Positions 47,701 to 59,700 of a stretch of 64,000 nucleotides of DNA are shown in pieces (the stretch's first letter is position 1; each line of letters begins with the position of its first letter). The stretch is from the NCBI RefSeq assembly GCF_947568905.1, contig NC_079169.1, positions 15,686,001 through 15,750,000 on the forward strand, written 5' to 3'. The position numbers and the translations under genes were made by a program. This DNA comes from Ostrea edulis. Its lineage: Eukaryota. The notes under the pieces were generated by a model. That model worked only from the letters and a program-made list of their open reading frames with translations. It did not search any database and was not told the DNA's origin.

Positions 47701-50700
47701 ATATTTATATAGCTGATATTTACATGTCAGGCAGGTGATAATAAGATGTAGAGGGACAATGGATATATAGCTGATATTTATATAGCTGATATTTACATGT
47801 CAGGCAGGTGATAATAAGATGTAGAGGGACAATGGATATATAGCTGATATTTATATAGCTGATATTTACATGTCAGGCAGGTGATACTGATAATACGATT
47901 TAGAGGGACAATGGATATATAGCTGATATTGTGACAATGTGTTATCCTCATTTAGCTATTCTTTTGATGTGTACTGTAGAATCTTTGTTTTACACGAATA
48001 CTTTATCCTCATTTAGCTATTCTTTTGATGTGTACTGTAGAATCTTTGTTTTACACGAATACTTTATCCTCATTTAGCTATTCTTTTGATGTGTACTGTA
48101 GAATCTTTGTTTTACACGAATACTTGATATTGTAAAATAACCTATAGACATAGAATCTCGAGAACATGAATTCACGAATGGACTGTTGATCAAAAGTTTT
48201 AACATGTATTTTAGCAATATCAAAATAAAAACGAGTAATTTTATTTCATGATGTGGTTCTTCTCACTAAATTATGCTAATGAGTTCCTCGCATATGTTTA
48301 GGAATATACAGTATTGGAATTTTTTTTTAGAATAAATCAAAATATAAAAGGTTCAATTATTACTGAAGAGAATAGCTCCCCCCCCCCCCCCCCATTTTTT
48401 TTTGTTTTGAAAAATGTCCTTTTGTAAAGAGGATAAATGTAATGTGCTTTGTTTACAGATCCCATTCTTATTGACACTGGGATGATGGTGGCCCAGATTC
48501 AATGGAACCACTGTGGGTCAGTTCTGGCAGTGGCTGGGTCACAGAGAGCATTAGGTCAAGAAAAAGAGGTCAATGTTGTTCAGTTTTACAATCCTTTTGG
48601 AGAGGTAAGGAAAAGTGTCCAGTTTGAACCACATATAAAAAATTATATACTCCATAGTCTAACTGACAACTTTGACATGATGTATATTTCAAAACCATAA
48701 ACTGCTTCATTAGAGTAATGAGTTTTAAAGGTCACCCAGATTTGAATATGTGCATTAAAGGACACATCTCATGTTTTCAAAGTATACAACATTACATGCA
48801 TTTCGTCTTCTTTATGCTTATAGTAATTAATTCTAATTGTTCGTTCGCCGAAATTTTGCGATAATTAACCACAATATAGACTTAAATCTAAGCCCCGATT
48901 TCAAAAAGTCTAGTTAATTAGGTAGGTAGTCACGTGGTACAGTGACGTCACATGCGCCCTTCGGATTGTGAAAGTACTGCGAGATATTATTTAAAAAACT
49001 CAACTTTTAGGGGCCTAATTTATTTACCATGGGCAACATTTAAATTGATGTTGACAAATTGTCCGAGTTTTATATGTGTTCGCCACCAGTGCACACATAT
49101 AACGATGTAAATACCCAAATATAGCGAGTAAAGCGTGTATGAAATCGGCAATATTGCGAGTAAATAATGTTTATATGGGTCGCTGTCTACAAACTGTTTG
49201 GTGATGTTATTCCTTTATACATTTGTAATTGGCGGTGTTTTTCTAAAATAAACAGTGCAATCATTATTTATTTTTGGATTAGAGACAAATTATGATACGT
49301 TAAATTGTTGACAACTAGGCCCTATGCCAAGCTATTGTCATGAGTGCATTTCGAAAAGAAAGAAAAAGACAACACACACACAAATCAATAAAAATATTCA
49401 AATTTAAAGTGGTAATCACATTATTTTATTTTGATAAAGCAATCTTATTACTATTTTTGAATTGTGATTTGCACGTCTTTAGGAAGTACGAAGTGGGAGC
49501 ACGGCGTTATAGCCTACTGACGCACTCAAGATGCTACGAGTTCAATAAGGAAATAATTTTATAATTCAATTTAAAGTTAGGAAATACAATATTCTATTAT
49601 TTGTATAATTAAAAGTTCAATTATTTTGTATCTTTAATTTTTGTTGTTGTTGTAAATCTACCAGTTGGTAGAAGTTACATATTATTATATACCCAACAAT
49701 GTATCGTTCTTTGATACCGTGGATTTCACAGTGTGTGATCCGGTTTTCCGGATCGCCACACTGTGGTTTTCTGATTCCGTATCAGTATCCTCTGAAACTG
49801 ATGCCATCACAATGACGTCACAATACAACAATGCAACGTTATTTGTGGAAAATATTGACCTCGTCACAAAATGAAACTGCGTACACAAAACATAATTATA
49901 TGGTATGTCTGTGTTTTTGATAATTTGGATTACATTTATTATCTTATAAATGTGGATTTAAAATGCATAAGGGGGTACATATAATAAATTAATCATTACT
50001 ACAGTAACTTCATCCGAAGAGTTGGATCACGTCTCATTGACAGGCGCGGATCATCAGATCAAACTCGACGCTTCGCGTCTCGTGTGATCTGATGATCCGC
50101 TCCTGTCAACTCGATGTGATCCGACTCTTCGGATGAAGTTGCTGTAGTAATAATATATATGTATCGTCTATATCTGTAGTTACAAGGTGAAGGTCAGTTG
50201 ATCCGAGTGTGTATTAGATTTGAAGAGCAAAACAGAATGTATGTTATAGGCCTCCCAGTACTTATAGCTTCGATATATCCATTTTCTCGCAGTTTATCAG
50301 GGTCTCTGTCCAAGCGGTTTTTGAAAAGGTGACTGGATGTGTTTTTTAAGGTAAAGTTCTTGCTCCAACAAAAAAAAATATCCACGTCTTTTTTCTCGTA
50401 CTTACATGTACCTTCGAAAAATTGAAAAATACTCAGTCTAAATCCTTTCCACCAACAACTAGTACACCCGAGCACGGCACAAAACATCTTAATGCATTAT
50501 TATTTACAAGCCGTTAACGTGATAATTGGTTTTTTGTCGATTAAATCTAATCTGTTTATGAAATGGCTAATATATGTTTTCAAACTCAAGGGCGCATATG
50601 ACGTCTCACATAATGGCGCGTAAACTAGCGAAAGAAAATATGCATATCGCAAGATTTGAATTTCATCGCTTTCAAACTCAAAAACTACGCAAAATATTTC

Positions 50701-53700
50701 ATTTAAAACACATTTAAAGTATTTTTAGGCATAGAAAGAGTTGATTTTGCTGAAAAAATGAAAAAGTTTAGAAACATGCGTTGTGTCCTTTAAGGAGAGG
50801 ACAAAATGAATGAAAATAAGATAGGGGGAAACTTTCCCTGTGTACAGTAGAACAAAATCAGAGCTCTATAGATAACACACAGTGGTTTGTTTTTAGCACC
50901 TGAGGACTCTGAAGGTGCCGGGAAAACAGATGTACAGCTGTTCCTGGGAGGGAGGAAGTCTGAGGATTGCTCTCGCTGTGGACAGCTTCATCTACTTCGC
51001 AAATATCAGGCCTGATTACAAGGTTAGTATATATAGGGATAGGAAGGGCTGCCTTTTTTATTGGACAGAGATTTCTGTGGATTGGAATATTAAGCGGAAA
51101 GTTTAGATAGCAATGACAGACGTAAGTTTGATAAATTGATAATTATTTATTTCTTTCCTTTGTATTTTCAGTGGGGCTTCTGTTCCAACACTGTAGTATA
51201 CTCATTCACAAAGCCAGAAAGAGTGGAACATTGTGTGATTTTCTGGGACACCAAAAATGGAGAAGTAAGATTGTCTGTGTCTTTAGTCCGTATATTTCAG
51301 CAAACATTAAAGTAGTGGAAGCATGAAGTTAGAGAAGCATGGAGACTTCTCCCTCCCCATGAAGCATAAAGTTAGAGAGGTGTGGAGACTTCTCCCTCCT
51401 CATGAAGTTAGAGAGGCGTGGAGACTTCTCCCTCCTCATGAAGCATAAAGTTAGAGAGGCGTGGAGACTTCTCCTTCCTCCTCATGAAGTTAGAGAGGTG
51501 TGGAGACTTCTCCCTCCTCATGAAGCATAAAGTTAGAGAGGTGTGGAGACTTCTCCCTCCTCATGAAGTTAGAGAGGCGTGGAGACTTCTCCCTCCCCAT
51601 TTCCAATCGTCTTCATGAATTCATTATGTTATTACACAATCTATTGGGTGTTCTCCCTTCTCCTAGTGCCTTACACCATTTCAAAATGTTTTTTGTGAGT
51701 TTTATGGTCATGCCCAAGAAAGGCAAAATGTACATGTATTGCTTAACTAGATATTAGACTAAATGTGCATTGTAGGTTGGATTGTGTTTGATTTTGTATA
51801 GAATGATACAAATATCTTTTCTTCTTTCCCAGAAATATGTCAAGTATGTGAGGAACCTCATTGCCATAACAGCATGTGGTGATTACTGTTGCTTAGCAAC
51901 AAAAGCAGATGAAACTACTGGACAGGTATCAATATGCAGAAGGAGACTTATTTTGATTATTATTATCATTTTTCTTACTGCTATTGTCTTTTATTATCAT
52001 TATTAGTATTTTGTGCAATATCCCTCGAAATCTTTTTTTTGAGATCGAGATGGAAACAGAACTTATGATTTATATAAATGTGAAATGTCTAAATACATTT
52101 TGTTTATATTTTCCTTGTACATGCATTAATAGGGATGTAAATACTATATCTTGGATAATTTTGGTGCACTAGAAATGTAAGCGTTTTTGGCAGATGAGAA
52201 AAATATAAAAGCGCCAAAATTTTTATTCACATAAATTATACATTTGTTAAATGAAATTGCAGCAAAAAAATAAAGCTCCAATATTTCACACTACTTTTTT
52301 GAAAAAAATCCATGAAATATTCTCAGTGCTAGAGTTACCCAATATGTTTTGTCAAAATGTATACACATGTACTAATACCATATAACGACATGCATAGTTT
52401 GTACATGAGCATATATCATTACAATTGCAGTTTGTGTTGGTCCTATGCAACTCAATCGGAACACCACTGGACTCAAAATATGTAGAAATTGACCCAATTT
52501 ATCTCACGATGACAAAAACTCATATTGTGTGTGCCTCCAAGGAGGCCCTTTACACATGGCAGTTTAAGAACCCCAAAAAATTAGCTAGCCTGGATATGCC
52601 TGGACGTCGGCGCACTGGGACTGAAAGGTAAAGTCAAGAGGGGTATCTCACTCACATGTACAATGTATGTATATCTGACATCAAGCTGTACAGTCAGGCT
52701 ATCTCACATGTACAATGTATGTATATCTGACATCAAGCTATACAGTCAGACTATCTGACATGTACAATGTATGTATATTTGACATCAAGCTGTACAGTCA
52801 GGCTATCTCACATGTACAATGTATGTATATCTGACATTAAGCTGTACAGTCAGGCTATCTGACATGTACAATGTATGTATATCTGACATCAAGCTGTACA
52901 GTCAGGCTATCTCACGTGTACAATGTATGTATATCTGACATCAAGCTGTACAGTCAGGCTATCTCACATGTACAATGTATGTATATCTGACATTAAGCTG
53001 TACAGTCAGGCTATCTCACATGTACAATGTATGTATATCTGACATCAAACTGTACAGTCAGACTATCTCACATGTACAATGCATGTATATCTGACATCAA
53101 GCTGTACAGTCAAGCTATCTCACATCAAGCTGTACAGTCAAACCTGTATTAAGAGAACGTCCAATGGAGAATGTTGTAAAGAGCAATTTACATGTACATA
53201 TACTTGTAACTATTAAACTACAATGCTTCTCTGGTGGTAAAAGAAAGTAAGTGAAGTGTTGTGTCTCCTTTTGTACAATAATGCTGAAAATGTGTCATTC
53301 AATTTGAAAGACACTAACTAAATCACAATATCTATTGTGCAACCTAGGATATCTTATACAAAAAAATCGCAAATACTCCCGAGCTATTTAAATATTTTTT
53401 GTTCAGTCCCAAGCACAATATTTACCTAATTTATGTTGCAATCAGGCTAATTTTCCACTCTGTTGAACATAATGATACCATGGTAGATTTTCACATCTGA
53501 TCTACCCCACACATCTCAAAGTCAGTTGAAATTCACACCTTTGAAAACCACACTCTTGTTTCACTGATCCTTGATTTTGTTAAATAGACAACAACTCGGG
53601 TTTTGTTCAGTAACCCCACAGAACCCTACACATTGATTACACCCAAATTAATTGACAGCTTGGTTATAAACATTAATTCAGAGGAATCGCGTTGTCATAG

Positions 53701-56700
53701 AAAGATATACATGTACAGTCATTGAATAGAGGTAAAATTTCATGAAAATCACATGAAAAGGTCATTTGTTGCATTAGACAGGTGGTTGTTTAATACAGGG
53801 GTCGCTATGGCAGTTTTAGCCGTGATATAGAGTTTAACACTCAGCATGCTCCTGTGCTGTTTTTAACTTTTCGAGTTTCTTATGAAATTTGGATTCTGAC
53901 TCATTATCTTATTCGACTTGAAAACTCTATAGAAAAAGGATTGTATTTGATTTTTTTCTCCAACCTCTTCTATTTCATACTGGTATAAAAATGACAATGA
54001 AATAAAATAGTCAACTTTTAAAGGTTTTTTTTTTTAACTTTAATTGGAAGTTGTTTTGTAAAACAGGATATTGAATTGAAATTTAGATTTGGATAAATTT
54101 GCATAGTAGATAATTGTTCAGATTTGGATAAATTTGCGTAGTAGATAATTGTTCAGATTTGGATAAATTTGCGTAGTAGATAATTGTAATCAATAGATGC
54201 TGCTTTCCTGTGTGTTGTCATGATAAGCAGACATCCTCACGGAAATGACCTACCTTATGTATGTTTTGTCAATACTTTCAGACTGTATCACATTGACGAT
54301 CAGCCAACGGGAGCCACTGCCACCGAGGAAGTAGACTTCAATAAAGCATTCAGTGTAAGTCGTCCCAGCTCAATAATACGGATAGTGTCTGTATTTATTC
54401 CATCTTCACACACAGATTTTGCTATTTTCACTCCTTTTTTGCATTCGCTGCATCTCCATGCTGCATAAAGATGTGGTTCAGATTATTTTCACTACAATGT
54501 TCATTTCACTGATTGAACTCTCTGCTAAATAGTAAAAGTAGAACTGAAAAGTGAAAGCAAAACTGAAAAGTGAAAGTAAAACTGCAACAAAAACAAGCTG
54601 TATCCAGTGAAATGAATGACATTTTAAATGGATGAAGTTCTTTTCATGTATTCTTCAGGGAATGTACCTTTGATATCAATATCAAAAACATTTTTTATGG
54701 TTTTAAACTGTAATGTATTATTTATAAAGTGTCCCTTGTAGTCCTTAAAAGTGAATGTAAACTCAAATCTTAGAAAAAAACGAGAAACTGCAAGTGTAAC
54801 TGAAGTTTTGTCCGTGTTTGTTGACAGAGGTTTCACCTCCGGAACAAGGTACTGGCAGAATGGCAGTTTATTGTTGACGTCTAGCTTCTAATTGGGCCTG
54901 CTGTGTTGCTATTTTTAGTACAATACTTATTCATGTATTTATACATGTATGTCTTTGGTTGTTGATCATTTATATCTCACTGCATTGGTTTGTGTGCTTG
55001 TATCATCGCATTTTTATAATAATTTAGATGGATGAAACATATGCATGATTCACAGGATGTTATAGGTTTCGTATTGTATACTATATGCTTATGTGGATAT
55101 AAAGGATATCGTAAATATGGTATGTTCACCTAAAATTATGTTCATCGCAGGACTTGCTCACCCTAGTGCCTGTTTGTCAAGGGTTCGTTCACTCTAAATC
55201 CTATTTTCCATGGTCAGTTACCCTTCTTTATCTATACCCTTACAGAAAATATAGATACTAAAGTTTTACATTATTGATAGATAATTATGCATTGGCATTA
55301 TTTTTAATGGTACAGAAGATGCTTTTTATTAATCTCCGAAACAAAGATTGGAGACTAAACTGGTTTATTGTTTTTGCTCGGTTCTTATTCTTTTGCTTCT
55401 TCTGTTTCTTTCTCGCGCCTAAAGCTGCCCGACACTGCTCTCTGTAACCTGTTGATGAAAGTATTAGATATTCAAGGATATGATTGGCCAATGTATCTTG
55501 ATGTGCAGAAATGTTTTTGTTTTTGTATTGTTAAGGTACACTTGGGGGGGGGGGGGATTAAACAAGGATTAAGACAAACACAGAGGATAAAATGACCTAG
55601 GGCCGTTTAATGCGTACAAACAGGTAAATACTTATAAGGTGAACAAATCTAATTAAGAATATATAGTCTCAGAGTTAAAATTTTGAATATAAAAAAGAAG
55701 AGTTTGATAAACTAGTCATTAATTCTGCTGCATGTCGAATTGACAGTTTGAAATGGTGTAAATTTGTAATCTGGAGGGCTCAAAAACAAGCAGCAATAAC
55801 AATACATATGACATGGTTTAGTTTATTTAGATATAGTGAGATGATTAGATTTGTGCTAGTAAAATTACGAGTTATATGGAGATGACATAAGGACCTCGTA
55901 TTCTTTACATTTTAGCCAAAGAAGGTAAACTGTAATGTTCTTTTTTCCGTACTTTTAGTCGTTGATTAATGTAATATTTTTATTTGTATTTTACATGTAA
56001 CTGTTGTGTGTATATGGTGACTTTTAGAGATTGTCTCCCTTTCATGACATGGCAAGAGTTGTCTGTCTTTTATCAGTATACTTTGTGTGGCTAAAAAAGA
56101 AAAAAATTCCTTTTGTGTTTTTGGAGAAAACTTTAAATTGAGAAAATTTCCTACATCTGCTACGACTTGTGGCCTTTGTCTGATTTGTGGAACGGGTCCT
56201 GTAAAAACATACAACTGTTGGAGGAGTGTTGCATGAAAATCTAAAATATTTTAAGAAGATTGAATCAATGTAGCATCAGATTTTCCATTCATGTTGTCAT
56301 CGTTGTAATCATTCTGTTAATATTTGAATCACATATCGACTAAGATAAATAAGAACATACGTGTAACGTAAGTTACTCGTACAGTAGGTGTCTTTAGTGC
56401 TTCTGTGATTCAGTGTTGTGGTGATTTAAAGATGTGTGTTTCATTCTGCTTCGTCTTTTTAAAGCTGTTCTCATAATAAAGTCAATTGATATATCTTAAT
56501 AAGAAAAATTTATTTTTTTGGACTGACTTGGTAAGAATCATGACCCTATACTGATACTGTTTTATATTTTGTATTAGGGTATCATATTTGACAGACTGTG
56601 ATGTGCTTGTGATACTGATAGAGATTTATATTTTGTGTGTTTGTGATATTTGGCAGGGAACTGAGGATCCGGTGTGTTCAATTTGTGCCTCAGACAAAGT

Positions 56701-59700
56701 TTTGATTGTGGTAAGTAGTTTCTGTAAAAGGAAACGCATTATTGTTTCCATATTTTGTCTTCAATCAACAATAAGTAATAAAGATGAAAGTTTTCGTGGA
56801 TGTTGCAGTGGAGAAATGTTGTTTGAAATATAAAAGCCAAGGCTCGTATATTTCAAAAAATATTCTGAGACCTCGGAGGTTATCCTGCTTCATTCACATA
56901 AACAAGAACTTTATTTCTATTCTACTACGGCTCAGAAATATTAAAATATGTTTCCCTATACAACCACAAATTTGGTTACTTTGTGATATCATGGCAACAT
57001 CCGAAACAGAACACATGTACATGTTTTTCGCAGATGAAAAAGGTGAGATGGTAGGGTCTACTATTTTGAAAGATATTTGAAGTGCTTATTTTGTTGTTGG
57101 ATTATATCAATGTAATTATCTGCTCTGAACACAGAGTCCAACAAAACTGCACATTCAAAAAAGAGGGTCGACTTGTCTGTGCCTCGCCATGTTTGTTTAC
57201 ATGAGTATATGGGTCTTGGAATTTTTTTGTGGAATGTCAAATATCCTTCAGTCAATTATGAATTTGTTTGTAACATTTACTGATCGATTTGCAGGATATT
57301 GAAATAAAATTATCAGTTATTGTTTTCTAAGCAAAATAGAGAGTAAAAAAAGTAGGTACGATCACAGAAAAACTGTAAAAATAGGTCTCCATTTAACAGC
57401 TGTTTTAAGACAATACACAATGTCTAATCGAGTGGAAGAATTGAAACGAATATGATGTCAGTAAGTATGACAACTTGTATATTTATTTTTTTGTGGAAGT
57501 TCAAGATGTATCACTGTTTTCATAAGCTGCCTATTAATTAATCAGGGTATATTGGAGAATAATGGATGTGGCATTTTTTTTATCTCTTTAATAACCGTGG
57601 TAGCAATAAGATAAAATATTAGGATGATAATCATTTAAAGTCGGGTTTACAAACAGAACCATTACCTCTTGAGAGTTATTTTCTGACTCCTTTCTAAATC
57701 ATTATTCATGCATTTTGTGTGTATGACATAATTCAACTGTATTTTCCTAATTTTGAAGAAATATGTACACGGTATAAAAAAAAGTCTCAGCAATTTCAGT
57801 ACCAGGTATGCTTGAGGAAAAGGAATTTGATATCTTTTGGCCAAAATATCGGTAGTAACCGTCCCTACAAATATCGGTAGTAACGGTCCTTACATCTTGA
57901 AAATGTTAGTCATAACAAGCAACAGCAGTTTAATGTACATGTACCGCTGTCTATGTTAATTTGACATGTTAGTTTAATGACTGAAATTGAGTCATTTCAT
58001 GCTCTTATTTTCACAGGGGAGAGAATCTGGAACCATCAACAGATACTCCATGCCAATGTTATCACTGACACACAAGTACGCCATCGGGTGTCGTCCCCAC
58101 CAGTTGTCCCTTAACTGTACCTCCAGGTTAGTCTGGCAGTGTAGCTGTCGCTGACAGTGATGTCTGTGTCCAGGTTAGTCTGGCAGTGTAGCTGTCGCTG
58201 ACAGTGATGTCTGTGTCCAGGTTAGTCTGGCAGTGTAGCTGTCGCTGACAGTGATGTCTGTGTCCAGGTTAGTCTGGCAGTGTAGCTGTCGCTGACAGTG
58301 ATGTCTGTGTCCAGGTTAGTCTGGCAGTGTAGCTGTCGCTGACAGTGATGTCTGTGTCCAGGTTAGTCTGGCAGTGTAGCTGTCGCTGACAGTGATGTCT
58401 GTGTCCAGGTTAGTCTGTCAGTGTAGCTGTCACTGACAGTGATGTCTGTGTCCAGGTTAGTCTGACAGTGTAGCTGTCGCTGACAGTGATGTCTGTGTCC
58501 AGGTTAGTCTGGCAGTGTAGCTGTCCCTGACAGTGATATCTGTGTCCAGGTTAGTCTGGCAGTGTAGCTGTCGCTGACAGTGATGTCTGTGTCCAGGTTA
58601 GTCTGGCAGTGTAGCTGTCACTGACAGTGATGTCTGTGTCCAGGTTAGTCTGGCAGTGTAGCTGTCGCTGACAGTGATGTCTGTGTCCAGGTTAGTCTGG
58701 CAGTGTAGCTGTCCCTGACAGTGATATCTGTGTCCAGGTTAGTCTGGCAGTGTAGCTGTCGCTGACAGTGATGTCTGTGTCCAGGTTAGTCTGTCAGTGT
58801 AGCTGTCCCTGACAGTGATATCTGTGTCCAGGTTAGTCTGGCAGTGTAGCTGTCGCTGACAGTGATGTCTGTGTCCAGGTTAGTCTGGCAGTATAGCTGT
58901 CGCTGACAGTGATGTCTGTGTCGCCTGTAGGATAAGGCAGGCACACAGGGATCTCTTTGTCAGGCCTTCTGTCACACTTGTAGGCAATATGTGCACCTTG
59001 GAGCACTCTGATATGACTATATGAAGTAACAATAACTACTACTGGATTAAAGATGAAAAAATTGGCTATTAGAGTAAAATGCATATATGTTTACATGTAT
59101 ATACATGTATTGTATACTTAGAAAAAATATACTGTTTTGCCCCATTGATTATAAGCCAAGAATACTGAAATTATGATAAGAAATATTATATTCCCCTTTC
59201 TGACATCCTCTGACTTTATCATGCATTCCTTTCTGACATCCTCTGACTTTATTATACACTCTTTTCTGACATCCTCTGGGTTTATTATACACTCTTTTCT
59301 GACATTCTCTGTCTTTATTATTCACTATTTTCTGACATTCTTTGGGTTTATTATACACTCTTTTCTGACATTCTCTGTCTTTATTATACACTCTTTTCTG
59401 ACATTCTCTGTCTTTATTATTCACTATTTTCTGACATTCTTTGGGTTTATTATACACTCCTTTCTGACATCCTCTGAGTTTATGATAAAGACAGAGAATG
59501 TCAGAAAGGAATGTATAATAAAGTCAGAGAGTTTCAGAAAGGAATGTATTTTAAAGCCTGAGTGTCAGAAAGGACATTATGACATCACAATCAGCAAGTT
59601 CCAGATCTATTTCTACATTTCAAGTAGATACAATGCATTAACAGGAATGTTACTTTTCATGAAATCGATGATAACTATATCATTTCTTTGTTTAATTCAA

